A DNA stretch of 64,000 bases from an uncultured Ignavibacteria bacterium (GTDB taxonomy: Bacteria > Zixibacteria > MSB-5A5 > DSPP01), in the NCBI GenBank assembly GCA_964607165.1, contig CAZSIT010000005.1, positions 13,492 through 77,491 of the forward strand, read 5' to 3'. This document shows positions 45,605-55,696 of the stretch, one piece after another. Position 1 is the stretch's first letter. The number at the start of each line of letters is the position of its first letter. A program made the translations under genes and the position numbers. The notes below the pieces were generated by a model, which worked only from the letters and a program-made list of their open reading frames with translations, was not told the DNA's origin and searched no databases.

Positions 45605-46402
45605 TTGGTCAAAAGCTACTTTTTTGCCGTGCGGAAACGATTCCTGCTTTCGGTTTGTGCCGGTTTACTTTTTTCATCAACTTCCCAGGCCCGGTTTGTG
45701 CCGAAATGGTTTGGGCGGATTTCGGGCGGCTATTCGTATTGGAAGCTGGATGACTTAAATCAACGGATTGAAAACCGGGGGCCATTTTTCAATAAAGTTG
45801 GTGAATCAAACTATTTTTTTGAACGGTTGCCTTCCAGTCATCCTTCCTTTAACCTAGGAGTGCAGTACGATCTATTTACTAAAATCTCGTTTCTTGCCAC
45901 CTTTGAATATCGCCAGGCGACCCGGGAAAATGGAGCGACCAACGACAGTTTCCGGGTAGAGGGAATAACCCGCCCACGGCAAATCAATTTTGGATTGGAT
46001 GGGTTTTGGCGGTTGGGTCCAAAAGGCGAGCTTATGATTGGAGGCGGTAGCGGCGTATCTTTCGCCCGCTTTCGGGATGATATTCGAATTTTTGACCGGC
46101 GCACCGAACCCGACTCGCTTACCGAGTTTTTTCTGGAAAAGTACAGTGCCGTTGCAATCTTTGGCGAGCTCCGAGCTATTTACTTTTTATCCTTTGCGCT
46201 GTTTTCCGACCAGCGTTTTTTTCTGGAAGCTTTAGGACGGCTCAATCCGATAGAGCCCTTTGTCGGAACTACAAATAAAGATGGCAACGTTTTTTACGAT
46301 GTCGAGGCCACTTTTTTTCCGCCGGGGGTTTCCACGTCCAAGCCGGTGAAATTGGACTTTTCCGGTTTTTATCTGGGGTTTGGGGCGGACTTTCGGCTGT
46401 AG
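45605..46402 (+). CDS. Putative outer-membrane beta-barrel protein.
   Basis: It has a TTG start, a signal peptide, alternating amphipathic beta-strand pattern and a C-terminal ...FGADFRL. Confidence 0.45.
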   Translation: MVKSYFFAVRKRFLLSVCAGLLFSSTSQARFVPKWFGRISGGYSYWKLDDLNQRIENRGPFFNKVGESNYFFERLPSSHPSFNLGVQYDLFTKISFLATFEYRQATRENGATNDSFRVEGITRPRQINFGLDGFWRLGPKGELMIGGGSGVSFARFRDDIRIFDRRTEPDSLTEFFLEKYSAVAIFGELRAIYFLSFALFSDQRFFLEALGRLNPIEPFVGTTNKDGNVFYDVEATFFPPGVSTSKPVKLDFSGFYLGFGADFRL

Positions 46403-46411
46403 GGTTCCCAA

Positions 46412-47938
46412 ATGTCGCCGACCGCACGCATCCGCATTTGGGCTTCTGTACATCCGCTCGGGTTTCTTTTAGCTATCGGCCTTATTCTCCGGCTGCTTGC
46501 CGCCGTTTTCGCGCGCGGATATATGGGCACCGATGACCACTTTCAGGTTATCGAGATTGCCGCCGATTGGGAGCGCGGCCATCCGGTTTTTCTGTCGGGG
46601 GACTCCCAGTTTTACCGCTCGCTTCTTTATCCCGGTCTGAATTGGGTTTTGATGGCTTTTTTACACAAGCTCGGAGTTTACCACCCCGATACGGTGATGC
46701 TGATCAATCGGCTCTTGCATGCTCTGCTTTCCCTGTGGACGATAGCACTGACCTATAAGTTCGGACTGCTTCTGGCCGACCGACGGACGGCATTCACAGC
46801 CGCACTTTTGGTCGCCGCCTATGCGGTAATGCCATATGTGGCCGTGCGCAATTTGATTGAATCGTTTTGTATGCCTTTTCTATTATGGGGACTGTATGAA
46901 ACGGCCAAAGTAGAAATGAAGAAATCCGAAAAACCCGAGCGCTCGTGGGCTTGGGCCGGGTTGGCTTTCGGCCTGGCCTTTATCATTCGCTGGCAGGTGG
47001 CGGCCGCGATTTTGGGCGTCGGTCTATATTGGCTTCATCGAAAGCAGTGGCGTGGCTTGGCCTTAGCAACTGTCTTTGGATTGCTTCCGGTCCTGGCGGA
47101 AGCCGTCTGGGACTGGTGGGCACACGGAGTTTTCTTTGGTTCGTTCTGGGCATATATCAAGCACAATCTGGCCCATTCCCGCGATTACGTGGTCGGCCCC
47201 TGGTATCGCTATTTGCTTTTGCTTCTGGGAATTCTCATTCCACCCTTTTCCTTTCTGTTTTTAGCCGCCATCGTGCGCTGGGTCAAACGCTTTGGAGTTT
47301 TGATTTGGGCTGCGCTTGCTTTTTTGATTATCCATTCCGTCGTCCCCGGCAAGCAGGAACGCTTTATTTTGCCCGTCTTTCCGCTTCTGGCCTTGATGGG
47401 AACGGCCGGGCTGCAGTTCTGGGAAGAAAAGAAGCCGTTGCTCGGGCCGTGGATTCGGGGCGGTTGGATTTGGTTCTGGAGCGTGAATACCGTTTTGCTT
47501 TTCGTTGCCATTTTCAACTACGGCCAGAAGGCGCGGGTTGCATCTTTCGTTTACCTTTACGAACGGGGGGATGCCCGAGGGGTAGTGGTCGATTTCACCG
47601 AGCGGGGGACGCTTTTGCCGCTGTATTACTTGGACGGCGCCGATCCCTCGCGGCCAAGACCGGAGATATATCGGGCGTACAGCCCGGCCGATTTCGACAG
47701 TTTGCGCTTGCGGCATTTGGGTATAATGGTCCCGCCGGTTGTGCCTCTGAACTATGTCATTATCTTTTCGCAGGGGAAGTTGGAGGAGCATTTAAAAGTG
47801 ATTAACGACCATCTGGCGCGGGCGGAAGTGCTCGCCCATATCCCTCCCTGCCTCGCCGACCGGATTTTGCTCTGGCTCAACCCGAAATACAATCACTCCA
47901 AAGAGGCCTGGGTTTGCCGGTTGGAAATTGCGAAGTGA
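46412..47938 (+). CDS. GT-C fold membrane glycosyltransferase resembling the GT22 family (Alg9/PIG-B-type mannosyltransferases).
   Basis: It is multi-TM with a first-loop motif GTDDHFQVIEIA, comparable to the conserved (D/E)EHFQS motif of GT22 enzymes. Confidence 0.55.
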   Translation: MSPTARIRIWASVHPLGFLLAIGLILRLLAAVFARGYMGTDDHFQVIEIAADWERGHPVFLSGDSQFYRSLLYPGLNWVLMAFLHKLGVYHPDTVMLINRLLHALLSLWTIALTYKFGLLLADRRTAFTAALLVAAYAVMPYVAVRNLIESFCMPFLLWGLYETAKVEMKKSEKPERSWAWAGLAFGLAFIIRWQVAAAILGVGLYWLHRKQWRGLALATVFGLLPVLAEAVWDWWAHGVFFGSFWAYIKHNLAHSRDYVVGPWYRYLLLLLGILIPPFSFLFLAAIVRWVKRFGVLIWAALAFLIIHSVVPGKQERFILPVFPLLALMGTAGLQFWEEKKPLLGPWIRGGWIWFWSVNTVLLFVAIFNYGQKARVASFVYLYERGDARGVVVDFTERGTLLPLYYLDGADPSRPRPEIYRAYSPADFDSLRLRHLGIMVPPVVPLNYVIIFSQGKLEEHLKVINDHLARAEVLAHIPPCLADRILLWLNPKYNHSKEAWVCRLEIAK

Positions 47939-47968
47939 AATAAATGGACACTTTGGCCGACTTTCCGC

Positions 47969-47996
47969 TTGACTTGAGTACAGGAGGCGGTATATT
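47969..47996 (+). promoter_or_regulatory. Sigma70-like promoter TTGACT-N16/17-TATATT for the leader-dapF-trp operon.
   Basis: It has consensus hexamers and is followed by a GGAGG RBS and a leader ORF. Confidence 0.5.
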
Positions 47997-48016
47997 AAAT
48001 AGTAGGAGGTCGAAAA

Positions 48017-48091
48017 ATGAAGGAATTAATCCGCTCGCAGACTCGTTTGAATTGGGGTTGGTATTGGCTGTTCTGCTTGCGGGTGGGTTAG
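48017..48091 (+). CDS. Trp-rich leader peptide MKELIRSQTRLNWGWYWLFCLRVG (24 aa).
   Basis: GGAGG lies 7 nt upstream of the ATG. Three Trp codons fall within five codons (48053-48067). The ORF stops 21 nt before an intrinsic terminator. Confidence 0.55.
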   Translation: MKELIRSQTRLNWGWYWLFCLRVG

Positions 48092-48111
48092 GACTTTTTT
48101 CCTTTAAACTT

Positions 48112-48136
48112 AGCCCGCCCTCGGCGGGCTTTTTTG
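48112..48136 (+). terminator. Attenuator terminator (GCCCGCC-ctc-GGCGGGC plus T6) between the leader peptide and dapF.
   Basis: A GC hairpin and U-run lie 37 nt upstream of the dapF ATG. An alternative pairing of CGGGTGGG (the leader 3' end) with CCCGCCC is possible. Confidence 0.6.
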
Positions 48137-48172
48137 TTGGCTGAAAATGCTGGAAAGTCGGAAATTGAGCGA

Positions 48173-48994
48173 ATGAATCTGAAATTTCATAAAATGGAAG
48201 CGGCTGGAAACGACTTTATTTTGATAGAGCGGAAGAAACTGCCGGAGAACATGCTTGCCGCTCTGGCCAAAAAGTTGTGCCACCGGCATACGGGAGTAGG
48301 TGGGGATGGCCTGATTGTACTCGAAAAAGGGCGGGTGGCGGAGTGGCGGATGAGGATTTTTAACGCCGACGGCTCGGATGGGCAGACTTCGGGAAACGGA
48401 GCACGCTGCCTGGCGCACCTCCTTTACCAATCTATGCGCCAGCGGGGTAATCGCGTGGTATTTGAGACTAGCCGGGGAGCTTTGGAAGTGGTGTGCTTGC
48501 GGGAGAATTATTATCGAGTCAATATGGGGCAGCCGGTTTGGGAAGCAGAGAGGATTCCTTTGAATTCGACGGAGAATGCTTTCATAAATCGCCCGATTGA
48601 GTCGGGCGGACAAACTTTTTTGGGGACGGCCGTTTCGGTGGGAAACCCCCATCTGGTATTATTCGTCGATTCGATTCCCTCCGATTGGCGGGAGCTGGGA
48701 AAAAAGTTGGAACGGCACCCGCTTTTCCCCCAGGGAGTAAACGTGGAGTTTGCCCGGGTTCGAAATAAAAAATCGGTAATTTTGGTGGTCTGGGAGCGGG
48801 GGGTGGGAGAGACTTTGGCTTGTGGGAGCGGTTCGGTCGCCGTCCTTGCGGCGGGGGTTCTAACCGGACGTTTGGCGCGAAGGGCAAAGATTAAAATGCC
48901 GGGCGGAGTTTTGGACGTGGAGTGGAAAATAAACGGCTCTCTCTATCTCTCCGGGCCGGTGCGGCAGGTTTTTTCGGGGGAGATGGAGCTGTGA
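48173..48994 (+). CDS. dapF: Diaminopimelate epimerase.
   Basis: Its N-terminus is MNLKFHKMEAAGNDFIL and it has catalytic Cys motifs (GNGARC, ACGSGS). The start was taken at the ATG after the attenuator. Confidence 0.88.
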   Translation: MNLKFHKMEAAGNDFILIERKKLPENMLAALAKKLCHRHTGVGGDGLIVLEKGRVAEWRMRIFNADGSDGQTSGNGARCLAHLLYQSMRQRGNRVVFETSRGALEVVCLRENYYRVNMGQPVWEAERIPLNSTENAFINRPIESGGQTFLGTAVSVGNPHLVLFVDSIPSDWRELGKKLERHPLFPQGVNVEFARVRNKKSVILVVWERGVGETLACGSGSVAVLAAGVLTGRLARRAKIKMPGGVLDVEWKINGSLYLSGPVRQVFSGEMEL

Positions 48995-50469
48995 CTTCGT
49001 TTGAAGAATTTGAGGCCTTAGCCCGGCAGGGAAACGTGGTTCCGGTTTGGGAGGAAGTGCCGGCTGACCTTTTGACGCCGGTTTCGGCTTTTCTGCGAAT
49101 TTCGAAAGGGACAAAATATGCTTTTCTTTTGGAATCGGTGGAAGGCGGAGAGAAATTAGCGCGCTATTCTTTTTTGGGAGCCAATCCGAAATTAGTTTTT
49201 CAAAGCAGGGGGAATCGGGTGACGGTTTTGGCCGGCACCACAAGGAAAAGTCGTATAGTGAAAAATCCTCTGGATGAAATGAAAAGCTTTTTTTCGGTTT
49301 ACAAAGCTCCGCAGGTGGCCGGTCTGCCCCGCTTTTGGGGCGGGGGGGTGGGGTATTTTGGCTATGATTTGGTGCGGCATATTGAGAAGCTTCCCGTCCG
49401 GAAAAAAGAGGAGCTTGGTTTTCCGGATTTATGTTTGGGTTTGTACGACAGCGTATTAATTTTTGACCATTTGAAACATAAAATCATAATCGTGCGCTCC
49501 GTTTCGCTGAAAGAGCCGGCGGTCACGGCCAAAAAATTGTATTTGGCCGCCGTTCGCGACGTCTTGGCCATCAAACAAAAATTGGAAAAGCCGTTTGCCC
49601 TGCCAAAAAAGCGAGGCTCAAAATTCCAACCGGATGTTCCGGTTTCCAACATTTCCAGAGAAAAATTTATTTCGGCGGTGAAGATTGCCAAAGATTACAT
49701 CACCGCCGGCGATATTTTTCAGGTGGTGCTCTCCCAGCGCTTTTCGGTTCCACTGCGAGCGGAAAGTTTTTCGGTTTACCGGGCGCTGCGGTCGGTCAAT
49801 CCGTCCCCGTATCTCTATTTTTTGAAAATGGATAAGTTTTCGGCGGCCGGTTCTTCGCCGGAGATGCTGGTGCGGGTGGAGGAGGGTTTTGCCGAAACGC
49901 GGCCGATAGCCGGTACCCGTCCAAGGGGAAAAAACGAAGAGGAAGACCGGCGGCTGGCCAAAGAGCTTTTGGGGGATGAAAAGGAAACGGCGGAGCACGT
50001 GATGTTAGTCGATTTGGGGCGCAACGACATCGGACGGATTGCCGAAGCGGGGAGCGTTTGCCTGACCGACCGGATGAAAGTCGAGAAATATTCACACGTG
50101 ATGCACATCGTTTCCGGGGTGCGGGGGAAGGTGCGCCCGGATGTCGGCTGTTTTGACGCGCTGGCCGCCTGCTTTCCGGCCGGGACGGTTACCGGCGCTC
50201 CCAAGGTGCGGGCGATGGAAATAATCGAAGAGTTGGAGAGTTCCCGGCGGGGGATTTACGCCGGAGCGGTGGGATATTTCGATTTTTCCGGAAATCTGGA
50301 CAGCTGCATTGCGATTCGAACCGTGGTATGCAGCAGGGAAAAAGCTTACGTTCAGGCGGGAGCGGGTATCGTTTACGACTCCGTGCCGGAGCGGGAGTAT
50401 GACGAAACGGTTTCCAAAGCGGCGGGGATGCTTGCGGCGATAAATCGGGCGAATCGCGGAGAAATATGA
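48991..50469 (+). CDS. trpE: Anthranilate synthase component I.
   Basis: It has TrpE motifs (LLESVEGG, full chorismate-binding domain). The GTG start overlaps the dapF stop (GTGA). Confidence 0.92.
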   Translation: MTSFEEFEALARQGNVVPVWEEVPADLLTPVSAFLRISKGTKYAFLLESVEGGEKLARYSFLGANPKLVFQSRGNRVTVLAGTTRKSRIVKNPLDEMKSFFSVYKAPQVAGLPRFWGGGVGYFGYDLVRHIEKLPVRKKEELGFPDLCLGLYDSVLIFDHLKHKIIIVRSVSLKEPAVTAKKLYLAAVRDVLAIKQKLEKPFALPKKRGSKFQPDVPVSNISREKFISAVKIAKDYITAGDIFQVVLSQRFSVPLRAESFSVYRALRSVNPSPYLYFLKMDKFSAAGSSPEMLVRVEEGFAETRPIAGTRPRGKNEEEDRRLAKELLGDEKETAEHVMLVDLGRNDIGRIAEAGSVCLTDRMKVEKYSHVMHIVSGVRGKVRPDVGCFDALAACFPAGTVTGAPKVRAMEIIEELESSRRGIYAGAVGYFDFSGNLDSCIAIRTVVCSREKAYVQAGAGIVYDSVPEREYDETVSKAAGMLAAINRANRGEI

Positions 50470-51044
50470 TTTTTCTTTTGGATAATTATGATTCGTTTAC
50501 TTACAATCTGTATCAATATATGCTGGAGCTGGGAGAAGAAGTGAAAGTGGCGCGCAACAATGAGGTCACGACGGCGGCGGTTGAGAATCTTTCTCCTGCA
50601 GCAATAGTGATTTCTCCCGGGCCTAGGCGGCCGGAGGAGGCGGGAATTTCCCTAGAATTAGTGCGGATGCTGGGGGAAAGAATTCCGATTCTGGGAGTTT
50701 GTCTGGGACACCAGGCCATCGGCTTCGCTTTTGGAGCGGAAATAGTCGGAGCCAAGCGGATTATGCACGGGAAAGTTTCCGCAATTGGGCACGATGGCAA
50801 AACAATTTTTGAAAATTTGGAAAATCCCTTTTTTGCCACCCGCTATCATTCGTTGACAGTAGAACCTTCATCTGTTCCCCCTGATTTGGAAGTTTCGGCC
50901 ACGGCGGATGATGGCACGATAATGGGGTTGAGGCACCGGCGTTTTAAAATTGAGGGGGTGCAGTTCCATCCGGAGTCTTTTTTGACTTCCTGCGGGAAAA
51001 AGTTGCTGGCTAATTTTCTAAAAGTGGCGAAGGCTAATGCTTAG
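50466..51044 (+). CDS. trpG: Anthranilate synthase component II (glutamine amidotransferase).
   Basis: It has the class I GATase triad context (GVCLGHQ, HPES). Confidence 0.9.
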   Translation: MIFLLDNYDSFTYNLYQYMLELGEEVKVARNNEVTTAAVENLSPAAIVISPGPRRPEEAGISLELVRMLGERIPILGVCLGHQAIGFAFGAEIVGAKRIMHGKVSAIGHDGKTIFENLENPFFATRYHSLTVEPSSVPPDLEVSATADDGTIMGLRHRRFKIEGVQFHPESFLTSCGKKLLANFLKVAKANA

Positions 51045-52050
51045 AGCGTATTTGCAAAAAGTGGTTGCGGGCGAAATTTTAACATTGGCCGAGGCGCAGA
51101 AGGTAATGGAGCTGATTATGTCAGGCGTTGCGCCGCCGGTTCAAATCGGTGCCTTGGCGACCGCTTTGCGCTTGCGGGGAGAGACGGTGGAGGAGTTGGT
51201 GGGGTTCGCTTCGGTAATGCGGGAGCGAGCTGTGAAAATAAAGGATTCTGACCCAAAGGCGGTGGATACTTGCGGGACGGGAGGAGATGGAGCCGGCACC
51301 TTCAACATCTCCACGGCGGCGGCTTTGATCGCAGCGGGCGCCGGAGCAACGGTCGTCAAGCATGGCGGGCGGGGAGTTTCCTCCGCTTGCGGTTCGGCGG
51401 ATGTTCTGGCAGAGTTGGGTGTAAACATCGAAGCTGTGCCGGAAGTAGTGGAGCGGAATGTCAATGAAATTGGCATCGGCTTTTGCTTTGCCCCGGTTTT
51501 TCATCCGGCGATGGCCGCGGCAGCGCCAATACGCAAAGAATTAGGCATCCGCACTTTCTTCAACTTCTTGGGACCGCTGTCCAATCCGGCAGGAGTAAAA
51601 CGTCAGGTTTTGGGAGTTTTCCATTCGGATTGGACGGTGAAGTTGGCCAGCGTGCTGAAACAGATGGGAAGTGAGCATTCGCTGGTTTTTTCCAATGAAG
51701 GCGGTCTGGATGAACTTTCTTTTGCTCACCCTTCGAGAGTCTCGGAATTGGCAAATGAAAAAATTGAAAATTATCGATTAGAAACGAACGGGTGGGGGTA
51801 TCCTGCGACTAATTCGGCCGAGCTTTCCGGCTCTACCGCTACAGAAAACGCGAAAATAATTTGGAGTATACTTAAAGGAGAAAAGGGCCCCCGGCGGGAT
51901 GTGGCGGTTTTAAATGCGGCGGCGGCTATTTATGTCGCCGGTAAAACCGGCTCGATTCGGGAGGGTTTGCCTGTGGCGGAAGAGGCGATTGATTCGGGAC
52001 GGGCCTTTGAGAAACTGGAGCAGCTGATAAAAGAGAGTAATCGGCGATGA
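51037..52050 (+). CDS. trpD: Anthranilate phosphoribosyltransferase.
   Basis: It carries the GTGGDG and KHGGR motifs. Confidence 0.92.
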   Translation: MLRAYLQKVVAGEILTLAEAQKVMELIMSGVAPPVQIGALATALRLRGETVEELVGFASVMRERAVKIKDSDPKAVDTCGTGGDGAGTFNISTAAALIAAGAGATVVKHGGRGVSSACGSADVLAELGVNIEAVPEVVERNVNEIGIGFCFAPVFHPAMAAAAPIRKELGIRTFFNFLGPLSNPAGVKRQVLGVFHSDWTVKLASVLKQMGSEHSLVFSNEGGLDELSFAHPSRVSELANEKIENYRLETNGWGYPATNSAELSGSTATENAKIIWSILKGEKGPRRDVAVLNAAAAIYVAGKTGSIREGLPVAEEAIDSGRAFEKLEQLIKESNRR

Positions 52051-52838
52051 ACGTGCTGCAGGCGATTTTTGCTCGTACGAGGAAGGAATTAAAAAAGCAA
52101 AAACGGGCGGTTCCGATTGATTCGATGATGCGCAGTATGGCGCTTTCGCGGCCGCGCTTTCTGGAAGCCTTGAAAAAGCCCGGGCCTTCCATCATCGCGG
52201 AGTTCAAACGGGCTTCCCCTTCGGAGGGTGCAATTTGTTCCACGGGGAAAGCGGAAGAAATCGCCACCGCTTATACTTCCGCCGGCGCCACGGCTTTGTC
52301 CGTGCTGACGGAGAAAAATTATTTTTCCGGCTCTTCCGGGGATTTGATAGCGGCCAGAAAAAACTCCAGTTTACCTATTTTGCGGAAAGATTTCATTTTG
52401 GATGGGTATCAAATCGTCGAGACCAAAAGCTGGGGGGCGGATGCGATTTTGATTATCGCGGCTTTGCTCAACGACAAAAAACTCTACGGTTTTTTGCAGG
52501 CCAGCCGGCGCTGGGAACTGGATGCGGTAGTCGAGGTGCACAGCAAAAGCGAGGTAGAGCGGGCCTTGGCTTTTGGGGCGGATATCATTGGAGTCAACAA
52601 CCGCGATTTGAAAACGATGAAGGTTGATGTACGCGTCTCTTTTGAGCTGGCGGAGAAAATGGATGGGCGGACTGTTTTTATAAGCGAGTCGGGCATCGAT
52701 TCGCCGGAAACGGTTGCCAAGCTCTATAAGTTAGGATACAAAGGATTCCTGATAGGCACGCATTTTATGAAACAGCCGGAGCCGGGCAAAGCTTTGTCCC
52801 GATTTATTGCCGACTTAAAGAAATTGACCCATGCTTAA
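52047..52838 (+). CDS. trpC: Indole-3-glycerol phosphate synthase.
   Basis: It has the IAEFKRASPS motif and a TIM barrel. Confidence 0.9.
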   Translation: MNVLQAIFARTRKELKKQKRAVPIDSMMRSMALSRPRFLEALKKPGPSIIAEFKRASPSEGAICSTGKAEEIATAYTSAGATALSVLTEKNYFSGSSGDLIAARKNSSLPILRKDFILDGYQIVETKSWGADAILIIAALLNDKKLYGFLQASRRWELDAVVEVHSKSEVERALAFGADIIGVNNRDLKTMKVDVRVSFELAEKMDGRTVFISESGIDSPETVAKLYKLGYKGFLIGTHFMKQPEPGKALSRFIADLKKLTHA

Positions 52839-53451
52839 AGTAAAAATTTGCGGCATAACCAATCTCAAAGACGCTCTGCTGGCGGAAAAGTTGGGCGCCG
52901 ACATGCTGGGGTTTATTTTTTATCTTAATAGCTCGCGTTACGTAGTGCCGTCGCGGGTGGGCAAAATAATTCCCCTGCTTTCGCCGTTTACCCGCACGGC
53001 GGGTGTATTCGTTAACGAATCTGTTTCAAAAGTTCTGCGGATTGCTCGAAATCTGAAATTGGATTTTGTACAGCTGGCGGGAGAGGAAAGCCCCGGTTAC
53101 ATCAAAAAAATACAGAGCGTCTTTCCGGTGATAAAGGCTTTTCGAGTCGGTTCCGATTTCAGGCTTTCCACCGTCCGGCGCTCACCGGCTCGGCTGCGGC
53201 TGGTTGATTCCAACGTGGACGGTTTTTACGGTGGCAGCGGAAGAACTTTTGATTGGAAAAACATTTCTTCTCTCAAAGGGGATTCCCGGCTGATGCTGGC
53301 GGGCGGCCTCGGCACTGAAAATATCCGAGAAGCATACGAAACGCTTCAACCGGCGGCGGTCGACTTGACCAGTTCAATGGAGGCCCGCCCCGGGAAAAAA
53401 GACCCGGCCAAGCTGAAAAATTTTTTTGAGGTGGTAAATGAGCTACGTTAG
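52831..53451 (+). CDS. trpF: Phosphoribosylanthranilate isomerase.
   Basis: KICGIT...GADMLGFIF is typical of TrpF. Confidence 0.85.
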   Translation: MLKVKICGITNLKDALLAEKLGADMLGFIFYLNSSRYVVPSRVGKIIPLLSPFTRTAGVFVNESVSKVLRIARNLKLDFVQLAGEESPGYIKKIQSVFPVIKAFRVGSDFRLSTVRRSPARLRLVDSNVDGFYGGSGRTFDWKNISSLKGDSRLMLAGGLGTENIREAYETLQPAAVDLTSSMEARPGKKDPAKLKNFFEVVNELR

Positions 53452-54640
53452 GGCCGTTAAAAATTACCGCTGGCCGGATAGAAGCGGACATTTTGGCCCG
53501 TACGGCGGGCGTTTTGTGCCCGAGACTTTGATGGCGCCGCTTTTTCTTCTGGAAAAAGAATACCTGAAAGCCAAAAAAGATCCGAAGTTTCGAACGGAGC
53601 TAAAAACGGTTTTGGCTGATTATGCGGGAAGGCCTTCACCTTTATTTTTTGCTGAGCGGACTTCGAAAAAGTTGGGGTTTGATTTATATCTGAAGCGCGA
53701 AGATTTGAATCATACCGGCGCGCATAAAATCAACAATACCCTGGGACAAGTTTTGCTGGCTTTGCGAATGGGAAAGCGGCGCATCATTGCCGAAACGGGA
53801 GCCGGGCAGCACGGGCTGGCGACGGCCACGGTGTGCGCCAAGTATGGGTTGGAGTGCGTGGTTTATATGGGAGAGGAGGATGTGCGCCGGCAGGCGCCCA
53901 ACGTCTATAAGATGAAACTTTTAGGGGCGAAAGTTATTTCGGTTTCTTCAGGAGCCAAAACTTTGAAGGATGCCACCAACGAGGCGTTGCGGGATTGGGT
54001 TACCAACGTTCGAACAACATTCTATATCATCGGCTCGGTGGTGGGACCGCATCCCTACCCGATGATGGTGCGGGATTTTCAGTCGGTCATCGGCAGAGAG
54101 ACAAAAATTCAATTTGCCAAAATGAAAGGAGGGTTGCCGGATTATCTGATTGCCTGCGTGGGGGGCGGCTCTAACGCCATCGGGCTTTTTTGTCCATTTT
54201 TGAAAACCAAAGTGAAGATGATTGGGGTGGAGGCGGCCGGTTTGGGTCTTTCGACCCATCACCATTCCGCCACTTTGACCAAAGGGAGGCCGGGAGTTTT
54301 GCACGGGAGCAAAAGTTATCTTTTGCAGAACGCCGACGGCCAGGTGCAGCTGCCGCACTCCATTTCCGCCGGTCTGGATTATCCGGGAGTGGGGCCGGAA
54401 CATTCGTTTCTCAAGGATGCGGGGCGAGTGGAGTATCAAATCGCCAGCGACCGGGAAGCGCTGGAAGGGTTTCGTTTTCTTTCGCAAACGGAGGGGATTA
54501 TTCCGGCTCTTGAGCCGGCACACGCTTTAGGGTATCTACTGAAAGGAAATAAGCGTTTTAGCGGCCGTTCGGTTATTTGCTGTCTTTCGGGGCGCGGCGA
54601 CAAGGATATGGGAATTGTTCGGGAGCGATTGAAAATATGA
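53438..54640 (+). CDS. trpB: Tryptophan synthase beta chain.
   Basis: It has the PLP lysine motif HTGAHKINN and GGGSNAIG. Confidence 0.95.
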   Translation: MSYVRAVKNYRWPDRSGHFGPYGGRFVPETLMAPLFLLEKEYLKAKKDPKFRTELKTVLADYAGRPSPLFFAERTSKKLGFDLYLKREDLNHTGAHKINNTLGQVLLALRMGKRRIIAETGAGQHGLATATVCAKYGLECVVYMGEEDVRRQAPNVYKMKLLGAKVISVSSGAKTLKDATNEALRDWVTNVRTTFYIIGSVVGPHPYPMMVRDFQSVIGRETKIQFAKMKGGLPDYLIACVGGGSNAIGLFCPFLKTKVKMIGVEAAGLGLSTHHHSATLTKGRPGVLHGSKSYLLQNADGQVQLPHSISAGLDYPGVGPEHSFLKDAGRVEYQIASDREALEGFRFLSQTEGIIPALEPAHALGYLLKGNKRFSGRSVICCLSGRGDKDMGIVRERLKI

Positions 54641-55428
54641 ACCGGATCGGGAAGTTCTGGAAAAAGGGAAAAAAAGCTTTGGTGCCTTTCGTTACGGCCG
54701 GGTTTCCCCATAAAAATTTCACGCCGGAGTTGATTCTGGCGCTGGCTGACGCAGGAGCCGATATGGTGGAAATTGGCATTCCTTTTTCCGACCCGGTGGC
54801 GGATGGGCCGACCATTCAGGCTTCTTCGCAAGTCGCTTTGCAAAACGGTTTACGGTTGAAAGATATTTTTCGCCAGGTAGAGAAAATTCGCGCCAAGTCG
54901 GATATTCCTTTGCTTTTGATGGGATATTACAATCCGATTCTGGCCTGCGGATTGGAAAAGTTTGCACAGGCGGCATCCAATGCCGGCGTGGACGGTTTGA
55001 TAGTTCCCGATTTGCCGCCGGAGGAGGGGAATGGTTTGGGAACCGCCTGTCGCAAAGCCGGTTTATCGCTGGTTTACCTGATTGCCCCAACCACGCCGCC
55101 GGAGCGGATTTCAAAAATCGGAAAGGCTTCGAACGGTTTTTGCTACTGCGTTTCGACCACGGGCGTTACCGGGGAACGAAAAAAATTGAGCGCGGGCTTG
55201 AAAGATTTTTTACTTTGCGTGCGGATGCGAACCAAAAAGCCCTTTGTAGTCGGGTTTGGGATTTCGACGCCAGAGCAGGCGGCTACCCTTGCCCCCCTGG
55301 CCGACGGCGTCGTGGTGGGCAGCGCGTTGGTGCAAATATTTTTGGAGGACGAAAATCGGCGGTCGGCTTTGCGCAAAGCTTGCAGGCTGGTTAAGAAAAT
55401 GGCGGAAGGGTTGAATGGAATTGGATGA
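54637..55428 (+). CDS. trpA: Tryptophan synthase alpha chain.
   Basis: It carries TAGFP, YYNPIL and GVDG motifs. The ATG overlaps the trpB stop (ATGA). Confidence 0.9.
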   Translation: MNRIGKFWKKGKKALVPFVTAGFPHKNFTPELILALADAGADMVEIGIPFSDPVADGPTIQASSQVALQNGLRLKDIFRQVEKIRAKSDIPLLLMGYYNPILACGLEKFAQAASNAGVDGLIVPDLPPEEGNGLGTACRKAGLSLVYLIAPTTPPERISKIGKASNGFCYCVSTTGVTGERKKLSAGLKDFLLCVRMRTKKPFVVGFGISTPEQAATLAPLADGVVVGSALVQIFLEDENRRSALRKACRLVKKMAEGLNGIG

Positions 55429-55696
55429 ACTGCGCAAACAAATCGATGATTTGGATCGCCGCCTGGTTCTTCTTTTGAACCAGCGGGCGCGTTTAGTAGA
55501 GGAAGTCGGGAAGGTTAAGAAGCGGTCAGGTATGGAAGTTTACGCTCCGGAGCGGGAGAAGGAGATTTTGAAGCTGGTAATCGATACCAATGGCGGGCCT
55601 TTTTCCAGCTCCGCCATCGTGCGGCTGTTCGAGCGTATTTTAGATGAGTCGCGCAGTTTGGAGCGCCACGTTGCCGAGGATGCGAAGGGGAAATAG
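55415..55696 (+). CDS. Chorismate mutase (AroQ class).
   Basis: [33 protein letters not shown] is the AroQ helical bundle signature. Confidence 0.75.
   Translation: MELDELRKQIDDLDRRLVLLLNQRARLVEEVGKVKKRSGMEVYAPEREKEILKLVIDTNGGPFSSSAIVRLFERILDESRSLERHVAEDAKGK

Noticed and set aside
46945-47805. 286-aa + strand ORF in an alternative frame inside the GT22-like gene, and similar alternative-frame ORFs (10462-10857, 12719-13171, 35255-35852).
   Set aside because: They are frame artefacts within better-supported genes and have no RBS. Their products are Arg/Gly/Pro-rich with no domain signal.
48134-48172. Longer dapF ORF starting at the TTG at 48134.
   Set aside because: That start lies in the U-tract of the attenuator terminator. 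The DapF consensus N-terminus (M.L.F.KM.G.GNDF) begins at the ATG at 48173.
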